Below, piece by piece: positions 9,041 through 17,914 of a stretch of DNA of 38,496 nt (within the stretch, counting starts at the first letter, position 1; each line of letters begins with the position of its first letter). The translations under genes and the position numbers were made by a program. The notes under the pieces were generated by a model. It made no database searches, was not told where the DNA came from, and was given only the letters and a program-made list of their open reading frames with translations. Source of the DNA: Acidobacteriota bacterium (GTDB lineage Bacteria > Acidobacteriota > UBA4820 > DSQY01); contig JAKAIJ010000002.1 of NCBI GenBank assembly GCA_021814355.1, positions 1 to 38,496 on the forward strand. The letters are read 5' to 3'.

Positions 9041-12000
9041 ATGAAAACCCTCCGAAGAGCGGCGGTGTCCCTCCTTCTGGTCGCGGCGGGCGGCGTGGGC
9101 TCCATGGCCCAGGTCCCGGGCGAAGCCTGGACCCGGATCGGCCTGCTCTCGGGCAACGTGACGACGGTGGCGGTGAGCCCCGCCTACAACACCGACAAGA
9201 CCCTTTACGCGGGGATCGCCGGCAGCGGCCTTTGGCGCAGCACCGACCGGGGAACCACCTGGGCCCACCTCTCCAGCGTCCCCAACACGGCCACGGTCAC
9301 GGCCATCGCCTTCGACCCGCGCTACACGCCCGGAGCCGGCTGGCCCGCCTACGTGGGTACTCAGGAGGGGTACGTCTACGCCTCCTTCGACGATTTCGCG
9401 TCGGTGAACCCGAGCTACCTTCACCAGTTCCTCAACGGCCAGAGCCAGCCCGTGCCCGTGACGGGCCTCGCGGTCCCCCCGACGGGGAGCTGGCAGCTTT
9501 GGGTCTTCGCCGCGGTGCAGGGGATGGGGGTCTACTACAACTATTCGTACGGGGGCGGTGCCATGTGGCACCTCGATTCCCCCGCCACGATGAGCGACGC
9601 CCGCGGCCTCGCGGTGGGGCCGGCAGGACAAGTGCTCGCGGCCGTCCGTTACGTGGACGGTGGACCGGTCTTCCAGTACGGCGGGGCCGGGACGTGGACC
9701 CCCCTGGGCCCGACCGCGCTGGTGGGTGCCACGCCCATGTGCCTCGCCTCCCGCGCCGACGGCGCGGGCAACATGAACATCTGGGTGGGGACCACCAACC
9801 ACGGCCTCTGGCGCTACCACTTCGTCACAGGCCCGGTGTGGGACCCCGGTTGCGACGGGACGTCGGGGACGACCACGACCCCCTACCCGGCGAGCGCCGT
9901 GGCCGCCTGCCCCAACTACGGGGCCGACGCGGAGGTCTGGGAGGGCCGCTGGAGCGGCCTCTTCACCTCCACCGACGGCGGCGTCACCTGCGGCCTCTCC
10001 AGCCCCGTGGACATCATCAACGCCATCGCCTTCAGCCCCGGTTACCACACGGGCGGGCTCTGCGACGCCTTCGTGGCCACAACCTCGGGCCTCTTTCTCA
10101 GGACCTGCGGCCCGGCTCCGCCCGCGCAGCCGGTGACCCCGCCGGCCGTGACCGTGAGCAAGCTGGCGGTGGCCCAGTCGGCCCTCCCCGGCGCCTGGGC
10201 CGCCTCGGGCTACGGCCTCCTGCGCAACACCACCTGGGACCCGGCGACGGGCCGGCCCTACTTCCTCCAGTACAACGCCTCGGGCTCGGGCCTCGGGGCC
10301 ATACCCACCCTCGCCGGCCTCTGCCTCGCGCCGACGTACGCCCGGAACGGCGCCTGCGGGACCGACGCGGCGACCCTGGTGGCCGCCGAGAAAACCCAGG
10401 GCGTCTTCCGGTCCAGGGACCACGGCAACTCGTGGACCAAGCTCGACTACAACTCCCAGGGGGTCTCCACCTGGCCCTCCGGGGCGAGCGCCGTCACCGT
10501 GAACGACCTCGCCATCTCCCCCAAGTACTCCACGGGCGGGGCGGACGAGACGATCTTCGCCGCGACGAGCGGCGGCCTCTACCGCTGGGACGGCGCCGCC
10601 ACCGGGTGGGTGCGCGTCGCCATTGACTGGCTGTACAACTTCACGAAGGTGGCGCTCCCCAACAGCTACGACCGCGCCGCGGGCACCAGCTGGCCCTACC
10701 AGACCGTCTACCTGGCCACCGACAACGCCACCGCTTCCGGCCTCTACATCTCGTTCAACAACGGCCAGACCATCGCCAGGGTCAGCGACACCGATGTCCA
10801 GGCCCCCGACATCACCGCCATCGCCTTCTCGCCCGGGTACGGGGTGAGCGACTACCTCGCTTTCGTCTCGAGGGCCGCCGCGGGGACCTTCTACACGAAC
10901 GACTGGGCCGGCGGCGCTCCGGTCTTTTGGTGCCCCTTCAACTCGGGCCTGCCCTCGTTGAAGATCCGGGACCTCAAGGCGGCGCCCGCCTTCTTCGGGT
11001 CCAGCTATGTGCGCCTCCTCGCGGCCACCGATGTGGGGCCAGCCTACTGCAACTTCCTCAAGACCAACGCCTCCTACCAGTGCTTGGCCATCACCTACGC
11101 CTGGGCCTCCTCCTCCATCACGTTTCCCTCCGGGTGCACGGATACCCTCTCGGCGGCCTTCGCCTATCTGGGCGACGGGTCGGTGGCGGCCGTCGGGACC
11201 GCCGAAGACGGGGTTTTCTTCTCCGTCAACGGCGGACAGACCTTCCCCGCAACCAGGGCGGGCGTCGGCTACCGCTCCCTCCCCGACGACGTTTGGACCA
11301 CGTTCCCGTACATGCGGGGGGACATGAACGACCCGAGCGCCGCCTCGTCCATCCTGCTCGCCGCCTCGCCCACCTTCGGGGTATTCGTCAGCCACAGCAA
11401 GGGGACCACGTTCCAACCCTACAACGGTCCCGGGTGCACGCCTCTGAACGACGGCGCCTACGGTTTCGGAGGAGGGTTCGAGCGGCTCGGCGCCGACCCC
11501 AACTACGCGGGCTGGACCGACGACGCGCTCTTCGCCGGCACCAAGTGCGGAGGCCTCTACTATCGGCGCATCCTCGCCCGCTACGGGACGACGGTCTACT
11601 ACCCCTACTACCTCGACTGGTACGCCTGGGCGCCGACCAACCCCAACCCGGCCCCGCCCCAGCCCGTCGGCCCCTTCCAGAAGATCGTGACCCTCACCAA
11701 CGGGAACATCGCCGAGTCCATACGCGCCTCGAGCGCCAACGACGTCTGCCCGGGACTGGGACAGTACTGGTGCCCGGCCGGGACGGCCACCGAGTTCAGC
11801 GCCGACAACGCGGGGCTGCCCAGCGCGGACACCCCCTCGGTGAGGTACGGGACGACCACGGCGCCGGCCCCCACTCCGCTCACCCTGGGCGTGAACCGGG
11901 CGGGCGCGGTCGCCCAGGGCGTTTGGAACTACTACACGATCCAGGTGCCGGCGGGCCTGGGCCGCCTCAGCGTGGTCCTCCACCAGCTCGACCAGGACGC

Positions 12001-13687
12001 GGACGTCTACCTCCGCTACGCTGGCCCCCCCACGCCGAGCTACTACGACTACGTGTCGGCCGCGGGGGGGATCTATCCCGACAACGTGGAGGTGAGTCCC
12101 TCGAGCACGCCGGTGCCCCTGGTGGCTGGAACGTGGTACATCGGCGTCCGCGGCTTCGCCGCCGGGACCACCCACTACACCCTCACCGTCTCCGACGCCC
12201 AGCGGCTCACGAGCGGCGTGGGCGTCTCGGGCTCCGTCGCGCAGTACGCCAACATCCACTACTACATCGTGGTCCCCGCGGGGTACCCCCACCTGAACCT
12301 CACGCTGACGGGGCTCTCCGGGGACGCGGACCTCTTCGCCCGCTCCGGAGTCGTGGCGTCCAACACCTCCTACGAGTACTGGTCAACCGCGGGCGGGACC
12401 ACCAACGAGAACATTGACATCACCACTGCCACCACGCCGCCCCTCGTCTCCAACACCGTGGAGTTCGTCGACGTCTACGGGTACGCCGCGGGACCGATCA
12501 GCTACACGGTCACGGGCAGCCTCCTCACGACGCTCGCCCCCGGCGGCACCGCCGCGGTGGAGCCCTGGCCACCGGCCAAGGAAGGCGGCGCACCCGCGGC
12601 TTCCCTGAGCGCACCGGTGAACCCCGACAGCCTGCCGGGCCCCCTGGCCCCGGCGGCCGGCACGGTCTGGGGCACGGTGAGCAACTCGGGCGTCTACCGC
12701 GGGTCGGTGGTGGGCGGCTTCGCCGCCTCGCCTGCGGCCACGACCTGGGCGGCCCGCAACGGTTCCGGGCCGGGCGCCCTCGACCTCTCCCGCAGCAGCC
12801 AGTCGGTCATCCAGCTCACCGACGGGACGCTCCTGGCCGGGCAGGCGGGCGCCCTCTGGCAGTCCCCGGCGCCCGACGAGGGGGCGTCTACTTGGAACGA
12901 CTTCTCCGCGGGGCTGAGCGGCACGAGCCTCGACATTCGCGACTTTCTGGAGTGCGGCAACGGCGACGTCCTCGTCGGCGTCAACGGGACGGCGGGCCAG
13001 GGCGGCGTCTGGCTCTCGGGGAGCCAGGGCCGCTACTGGATGAACCTCTCCTCGGGGTTCGACGCCTCCTCCCAGAAGCTCGAGACTCTCGTGAAGGACA
13101 ACCCCGTCACCGGCGCGGTGCAGTACTACACGGGCACCGACAGCACCGGGGCCTACACCCGGACCATCACGCCCCAGCCCTACCCGGTGGTGTCGGGCAT
13201 CAGCGTGGCTACCGGCCCCGCCGCGGGCGGGACTTCGGTCACGGTGACCGGCAGCAACTTCTCCAACAGCTGCCCCACCGGGACGCCGTCGGACTGCCCC
13301 TCGGCCGCGCCCCTCGTACTCTTCGGCGATCGGGCCGTGACGGCCACTTTCGTGAACTCCGGGCAGCTGACGGCCGTCACCCCCTACCACGGCGCGGGGG
13401 CCGTGACCGTCCGCGTGGTCAATCCCGACTCCCGGATGGGAACCTGCGCCTGCACCTTCACCTTCACGGGCGACGATCCCATTGACCTCCGGCTCAGCCG
13501 CGTCTACGTCTCCGGCGGGTGGAGGGTGCGCCTCAGTTGGGGGGTGAGCACGACGGTGAACATCCAGCGCGCCACCGACGCTCAGTTCACCCAGAACGTG
13601 GTGAGCGTGACCGCCACGGGGACGAACTGGACCGACATGAGCTCGGCGGGGAGCGACGGGACGCAGTACTTCTACCGCGTTCTTTAG
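9041..13687 (+). CDS. giant secreted multidomain protein, paralog 2 (BNR/Asp-box propeller regions, two PPC domains, IPT/TIG-like, C-terminal FN3-like)
   Basis: Last 1548 codons of track ORF 6440..13687. ATG 9041 is preceded by GGGAG. Signal peptide MKTLRRAAVSLLLVAAGGVGSMA. N-terminal region is collinear with paralog 1 (LYAGIAGSGLWRSTDRGTTWAHLSSVPN). PPC-like WNYYTIQVPAGLG...DADVYLRY and IHYYIVVPAGYP...DADLFAR. IPT-like AAGGTSVTVTGSNFS. Confidence 0.85.
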   Translation: MKTLRRAAVSLLLVAAGGVGSMAQVPGEAWTRIGLLSGNVTTVAVSPAYNTDKTLYAGIAGSGLWRSTDRGTTWAHLSSVPNTATVTAIAFDPRYTPGAGWPAYVGTQEGYVYASFDDFASVNPSYLHQFLNGQSQPVPVTGLAVPPTGSWQLWVFAAVQGMGVYYNYSYGGGAMWHLDSPATMSDARGLAVGPAGQVLAAVRYVDGGPVFQYGGAGTWTPLGPTALVGATPMCLASRADGAGNMNIWVGTTNHGLWRYHFVTGPVWDPGCDGTSGTTTTPYPASAVAACPNYGADAEVWEGRWSGLFTSTDGGVTCGLSSPVDIINAIAFSPGYHTGGLCDAFVATTSGLFLRTCGPAPPAQPVTPPAVTVSKLAVAQSALPGAWAASGYGLLRNTTWDPATGRPYFLQYNASGSGLGAIPTLAGLCLAPTYARNGACGTDAATLVAAEKTQGVFRSRDHGNSWTKLDYNSQGVSTWPSGASAVTVNDLAISPKYSTGGADETIFAATSGGLYRWDGAATGWVRVAIDWLYNFTKVALPNSYDRAAGTSWPYQTVYLATDNATASGLYISFNNGQTIARVSDTDVQAPDITAIAFSPGYGVSDYLAFVSRAAAGTFYTNDWAGGAPVFWCPFNSGLPSLKIRDLKAAPAFFGSSYVRLLAATDVGPAYCNFLKTNASYQCLAITYAWASSSITFPSGCTDTLSAAFAYLGDGSVAAVGTAEDGVFFSVNGGQTFPATRAGVGYRSLPDDVWTTFPYMRGDMNDPSAASSILLAASPTFGVFVSHSKGTTFQPYNGPGCTPLNDGAYGFGGGFERLGADPNYAGWTDDALFAGTKCGGLYYRRILARYGTTVYYPYYLDWYAWAPTNPNPAPPQPVGPFQKIVTLTNGNIAESIRASSANDVCPGLGQYWCPAGTATEFSADNAGLPSADTPSVRYGTTTAPAPTPLTLGVNRAGAVAQGVWNYYTIQVPAGLGRLSVVLHQLDQDADVYLRYAGPPTPSYYDYVSAAGGIYPDNVEVSPSSTPVPLVAGTWYIGVRGFAAGTTHYTLTVSDAQRLTSGVGVSGSVAQYANIHYYIVVPAGYPHLNLTLTGLSGDADLFARSGVVASNTSYEYWSTAGGTTNENIDITTATTPPLVSNTVEFVDVYGYAAGPISYTVTGSLLTTLAPGGTAAVEPWPPAKEGGAPAASLSAPVNPDSLPGPLAPAAGTVWGTVSNSGVYRGSVVGGFAASPAATTWAARNGSGPGALDLSRSSQSVIQLTDGTLLAGQAGALWQSPAPDEGASTWNDFSAGLSGTSLDIRDFLECGNGDVLVGVNGTAGQGGVWLSGSQGRYWMNLSSGFDASSQKLETLVKDNPVTGAVQYYTGTDSTGAYTRTITPQPYPVVSGISVATGPAAGGTSVTVTGSNFSNSCPTGTPSDCPSAAPLVLFGDRAVTATFVNSGQLTAVTPYHGAGAVTVRVVNPDSRMGTCACTFTFTGDDPIDLRLSRVYVSGGWRVRLSWGVSTTVNIQRATDAQFTQNVVSVTATGTNWTDMSSAGSDGTQYFYRVL

Positions 13688-16600
13688 TCAGGCCCCGCGG
13701 CGCGGTTTTCCGGGGCGGGCGGCCACGGGCCGTCCGCCCCGCCGCTTTGCGGGCGGCCGCCGCACGGCGCCGCCTCGGGCGCTTTTTCCGCCCCTTCGCG
13801 GCCCGGCGTCGGCGGGCTGTCCTACCAGGAGGGCGCGGAGTTCGGGAAACGCCATGACCCGGCGCCACACCTCCTCTGGGCTGTGGGCGCGGCAATCATA
13901 GAGGTGCCAGAGGGCGCGCCGCCGCACTCCCCGGGCCCGGGAGCGGGCGCCCGAGGCGAGGGCCTTGGCGTAGAGCAGCCCGTAGAGGCGGAGCCCCCAG
14001 GGTCCGCCGGGCGACCGTCGCAGCAGCAGCTCGATCTCCCGGTTGGAGACGGAGGCGCCCGAGGAAGCCCGGAGGAAAGCCATGTGGACCTTCAGGTCGT
14101 GCGCCGTCCTCTCCACGGGGGCGGGAAGGAGAGGCCGACCGGACCCCGACCGCCGCCACCGGATCAGCGAGGCGTCCAGGTCCTGCGCCGCGGCGCCGTG
14201 ATCCACGCCCAGGATCAGGAAGAGGCCGGAGGGGAGATTGTGGCGCCGCCCCGCCGCCGCCAGGGGGTCCAATCCCCCCCAGGAGACGATCTCCTCGCGG
14301 ATGCCCCGAGCGTAGCCGAGCGCATCCCACGCCTTGAGGCACTCGTAGGTCACGAAGGCGGCCAGCCTCTCCTGGCCCAGGCGCCGGAACCGCTCCAGGG
14401 CGCTCCCCCGGTGGGCGAGGGCAGCCGCGTAGTGGTTCCGCTGGAGGGCGGCGTTCATGAGCGCCTCTTCGGCGAGCCCGGCCCAGTAATCCTCCCGCGA
14501 GGCCAGCGCCTCTTCCCTCAGCGCGTGGGCCGCCTCCTCCGCCTCGGCCAGCCGCCCGAGCGCCAGCCGCACGAGACAGAGGCTCGAGAGCGTCTGCTGG
14601 CGGCGGCTTCGGAGCGCCAGGGCCTCGGTCATCGCCAGGGTGCGCCGGCCCACGCGCATGGCGCCCGCGTAGTCGTTCTGTTCATAGAGGAGGGCGAGGA
14701 GGTTGACCCCCGCGGTGGCGGCGTGGCCCAGCAGCCCCGCCCTTCCGGCGCGCCGATACGCCTCCTTGAAGCGGGCCCGGGCCGCCTCCGTCTGGCCTCG
14801 GTGCCAGGCGATGTTCCCCAGGTTGACCAGGGCCATGACCCTGAAGATGGCCTGACCCGGTCCGGGAGGCAGCGCGAGCCCCTTCTCCAGGGAGGCCTGC
14901 GCCTCGTCCAATCGCCCCGTCGGTCCGTAGACTCCGCCCACGAGGTTGACGTAGGTCTTCCCCATGCCCACCAGATCGTTGCAGGCCCGGTAGTCCTCGA
15001 GGGAGGTAAGCAGGTGGCGTTCCGCCTCGTCCCACGCCTGGCGCTGCCAGCACCCCTGGGCCTCGAAGTAGCGCAGCCGCCCCCGGTGGGAGCCCGAGAG
15101 TTCCCCCTGCCGTTCCCGGAGGCGCTCCAGGAGCCCCGCGGCCTCCTCGGCCTTTCCCAGCGCGCCGAGGGTGTCCATCAGGGAGAAGGCGTCGTCCACG
15201 TCCTCGGCCCCGGGCGCCAGGTCGCGGCAGACGTAACGCAGGTGCTTGTAGGCCGCGGCGTTGTCGAACCGCCGGAGGGCGTCGCGCCCGGCGAGGCGGT
15301 GGTAGTGCCGGGCGCGCGCCGTCTCGCCGGCGAGCTCCGCGTGGTGGGCCAGCGGCGGCCAGAGACGGGGTTGGGCGGCCCCTCCGCCGCCCTCCAGGAA
15401 CTGGAGGACGCGCCGGTGGGTCTCCCGCTTGAGGCCGAAGGGGGCGGCGTCGTAAACGGCGCCCTGGAGCAGCGTGTCGGCGAAGGCTACGTAGGGTCGC
15501 GCCCCCCGCGTGTCGTCCCGCAGCAGGCCCGCCCCGTGCAGGGCCTCGAGGGCAGAGGAGAACTCCTGGGCCGGCAGATCGGAGACCTGCTGCAGGAGGT
15601 TCAGCGACACCGAGGCGCCCAGCGCGGAGGCGCTCTGGAGCAGCGCGCGGGGGGCGGGCGCCAGGGCGTCCAGGCGCCGGAGGTAGAGGGCTTCGAGGGT
15701 GTCCGGAAAGGTGGCGCGGGAGAGCCGGTCCTCGTCCACGGTGGGTCTTCCGCCGGGGCCCGGCGCCACGAGCCCCTCCCGCCGCAGAGTCTCGAAGAGG
15801 GCGCCGGCCACCCCGGGGTTGCCGTGGGCCCGCTCCTGGAACCAGGCGAGGACCGCGGCGGAGGGGCGGCCGAGGCCGTGGGCCTCCACCAGGAGGTCGG
15901 CCAGCGTCTCGGGGGGGAGCGGCGCGAGCGGGAGCGGCGCGGTGAAGGACTCCAGGGGGGCTAGGGTCTCCGAATCCGGCCGAGTGAAGAACGCGACCCG
16001 CCAGGGGAGGGGACGGGGTTCGCAAAGGAGCGTGGCGAGCAGGTCGAGCGACGGGGCGTCGGCCCACTGGAGGCCGTCGAGCAGCAGGACGCGCTCGCCG
16101 CCGCGCTCGAGAAGGCGGCCGAAGAGGGCGGCGGTGAGATCGCGCCGCTCCTTCGGCGAGAGGCCTGCCAGGGCCTCGGACTCCTCCTCTGGGAGGTCGA
16201 GAAGCGGGTTCATGAGACACCGGAAGCCGGCGGGCTCCTGAGCCAGCGCCGTCTCGCGGGCCTCGGCCAGCACCTCGGGAGGGTCGTGGCGGGTGACGCC
16301 CGCCAGGGCCAGGGCCACGGGCTTCAGGGCGGCGTAGGGCTGATCCCCGTGGTAGGGTGCCAAGCGGACCAGAGTGACCGCGATCTCGCGCTGGCGAGCC
16401 TCCGCCTGGAGGCGGTCGGCGAGGGCCGACTTCCCTGCGCCCGGGTCGCCCGTCACTAGGGGTGGTCTTCCCTCGCGCTCGAAGAGGGTGCGCCGGAGGA
16501 GCCGGACCTCCTTCTCGCGTCCCACCAGGGGACGAAGGGCGTCGGTCTCGCCCCCGCGACGCTCGCCCTCGGGAGAGAAGACGGCCACCGGGTCCCGCTT

Positions 16601-17815
16601 TCCCTTCACCCGGATGGGATCGAGGGCGCGGAAGCGCAGGGTTTCGGCGGCCCCCTCCGCCACCGTCCGGGAGACGAGGGCCCCCCCCGGCGCGGCGGCG
16701 GCCATGAGCCGGGCCGCCAGGTTGATCCCGTCCCCCATGACGGTGAACTCGCGTCGTCCAGGGGCGCCCACGGGACCCGAGAAGAGCGGCGCGGAGGTGA
16801 CGCCCGCCTTCAGGGTGAGCCCCACGAGGACCCGCGCGTCGCGCAGGAGGTCGAGCACGAACCGGACGGCCATCTCCTCCTTCGACTCGCAGGCGTAGGG
16901 TGCCCCAAAGAGGACGATCCCCTTGGTCCCCTTGTCGCCCATGTCGAGCTTGTTGAGCGTCCCACCGTAGCGCCGGGCGCCCGAGGCGAGGAGCCGGTAG
17001 AGCGACTCGACCCGGTCGGGAGCCGCAGGGTCGTCCCACGAGAGCCCCGCCGCCGAGACGAAAACCACAGCGGTGCCGCGGTGCTCGCCGAGGGTCCCCG
17101 CGCCCGCCCGCTCGGCCAGGTGGGCGGGCACCAGCCGCGCCAGGGCCTCGGCCCCGGGGTGGGCTGGCTGGCGCGGCCCCCCCGGCGGGGCAGGCGCCTT
17201 CGTCAGCCGCGCGAATCCCTCCCCACGCGGGGAGGAGACGCATGCGCGGGCCAACCGGAGGAAGCTCGGGTGGGCGACGGCCATGCCGGGCTCCGCGTGG
17301 TGCTCGGCTTCGGCGGCCTGGTCGAGGGGGGGGCCCGCGGCGTAGTAGTCCCAGCCCAGGGCGGGGTCCCCCGGGACGCCGAGAAGGACGTCGCCCGAGG
17401 CGGCGCCGATCTTCATCGAGAGGTCGAAGCGCCCCGCCGCCGTCTCCATGCCCTTGAACTCGGACATGGCCTCCAGCATGGCGAGGCCCGCGGCGGCGGC
17501 CCGGGGTTCCGCCGCCTCCCCCGGGAAGAGCACGGTCATGGCGTCGCCGCCGAAGCGCAGCACGTCGCCGCCGCTGCGGTCCACGAGGAGAATCATCCGG
17601 GTGAAGTAGGCGTTGAGGATTCGGGTCAGCTCCTCTGCGCCTTCGCGGCCAAGGGAAGCGAGGGCCTCGGTGAGGGGGGTGAATCCCGCCACGTCGCAGA
17701 AGAGGACCGCGCCCCGGAGGGTCTTGCGGGCGGGCGCGCCGGCAAGAGCCGGGGCCACCAGGTCATAGACCGCCCTGGGGAGGAAGACGGACAGGTCGCC
17801 GGCCGGCCGGACCAT
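13688..17815 (-). CDS. tandem class III adenylate/guanylate cyclase domains fused to an AAA_16/STAND-like ATPase and a TPR array
   Basis: 1375-aa ORF. CHD 1 carries VLFCDVAGFT and FGGDAMTVLF, so the metal-binding Asp residues are present. CHD 2 is degenerate (VVFVSAAGLS, MGDKG, MGDGINLAARL). P-loop GDPGAGKSALA. Walker B-like RVLLLDGLQWAD. The long C-terminal region is rich in helical repeats (AYKHL, GKAEEA, YVNLGNIAW). Arg-rich tail. Confidence 0.85.
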   Translation of the reverse strand: MVRPAGDLSVFLPRAVYDLVAPALAGAPARKTLRGAVLFCDVAGFTPLTEALASLGREGAEELTRILNAYFTRMILLVDRSGGDVLRFGGDAMTVLFPGEAAEPRAAAAGLAMLEAMSEFKGMETAAGRFDLSMKIGAASGDVLLGVPGDPALGWDYYAAGPPLDQAAEAEHHAEPGMAVAHPSFLRLARACVSSPRGEGFARLTKAPAPPGGPRQPAHPGAEALARLVPAHLAERAGAGTLGEHRGTAVVFVSAAGLSWDDPAAPDRVESLYRLLASGARRYGGTLNKLDMGDKGTKGIVLFGAPYACESKEEMAVRFVLDLLRDARVLVGLTLKAGVTSAPLFSGPVGAPGRREFTVMGDGINLAARLMAAAAPGGALVSRTVAEGAAETLRFRALDPIRVKGKRDPVAVFSPEGERRGGETDALRPLVGREKEVRLLRRTLFEREGRPPLVTGDPGAGKSALADRLQAEARQREIAVTLVRLAPYHGDQPYAALKPVALALAGVTRHDPPEVLAEARETALAQEPAGFRCLMNPLLDLPEEESEALAGLSPKERRDLTAALFGRLLERGGERVLLLDGLQWADAPSLDLLATLLCEPRPLPWRVAFFTRPDSETLAPLESFTAPLPLAPLPPETLADLLVEAHGLGRPSAAVLAWFQERAHGNPGVAGALFETLRREGLVAPGPGGRPTVDEDRLSRATFPDTLEALYLRRLDALAPAPRALLQSASALGASVSLNLLQQVSDLPAQEFSSALEALHGAGLLRDDTRGARPYVAFADTLLQGAVYDAAPFGLKRETHRRVLQFLEGGGGAAQPRLWPPLAHHAELAGETARARHYHRLAGRDALRRFDNAAAYKHLRYVCRDLAPGAEDVDDAFSLMDTLGALGKAEEAAGLLERLRERQGELSGSHRGRLRYFEAQGCWQRQAWDEAERHLLTSLEDYRACNDLVGMGKTYVNLVGGVYGPTGRLDEAQASLEKGLALPPGPGQAIFRVMALVNLGNIAWHRGQTEAARARFKEAYRRAGRAGLLGHAATAGVNLLALLYEQNDYAGAMRVGRRTLAMTEALALRSRRQQTLSSLCLVRLALGRLAEAEEAAHALREEALASREDYWAGLAEEALMNAALQRNHYAAALAHRGSALERFRRLGQERLAAFVTYECLKAWDALGYARGIREEIVSWGGLDPLAAAGRRHNLPSGLFLILGVDHGAAAQDLDASLIRWRRSGSGRPLLPAPVERTAHDLKVHMAFLRASSGASVSNREIELLLRRSPGGPWGLRLYGLLYAKALASGARSRARGVRRRALWHLYDCRAHSPEEVWRRVMAFPELRALLVGQPADAGPRRGGKSARGGAVRRPPAKRRGGRPVAARPGKPRRGA
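13766..13787 (+). terminator. candidate intrinsic terminator for paralog 2, lying inside the 3' tail of the convergent cyclase ORF
   Basis: gcgcc (13767-13771), loop gcctcg, ggcgc (13778-13782), then TTTTT (13783-13787). It is preceded by a stronger 13-bp stem-loop at 13712-13740 (ggggcgggcggcc acg ggccgtccgcccc). Confidence 0.35.
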
Positions 17816-17824
17816 GCGCCCATT

Positions 17825-17884
17825 CTAGCAGGCGGCTGAGAAACTCGCACGCGGCCTACGGGAGTTTTTCAGCAGCCTGCTAGC
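17825..17884. repeat. 60-nt solo palindromic hairpin, identical to the arms of the element at 22175-22730
   Basis: ctagcaggcggctgagaaactc pairs with gagtttttcagcagcctgctag over 22 bp, with one G-A mismatch and one G-T pair. The loop is gcacgcggcctacgg. It lies between the prmC stop (17915) and the cyclase start (17815). Confidence 0.8.
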
Positions 17885-17914
17885 ACCCACGAGAAGGCGC
17901 AGGGGCGCGCGTTC

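Noticed and set aside
3228-13390. Many long alternative-frame and antisense ORFs inside the giant genes, for example 4545..7151(-) 868 aa, 8873..12292(-) 1139 aa, 3299..5455(+) 718 aa, 7212..8555(-) and 12383..13390(-).
   Set aside because: These are typical of 70% GC DNA, where stop codons are rare. The translations are dominated by R/G/P/A runs, lack motifs, and fully overlap frames with clear domain content.
2823-13687. Genomic island integrated at tRNA-Arg, carrying the giant genes.
   Set aside because: There is no integrase, no direct repeat of the tRNA 3' end, and no visible compositional change by eye. Acylphosphatase, a housekeeping gene, lies between the tRNA and the giant genes.
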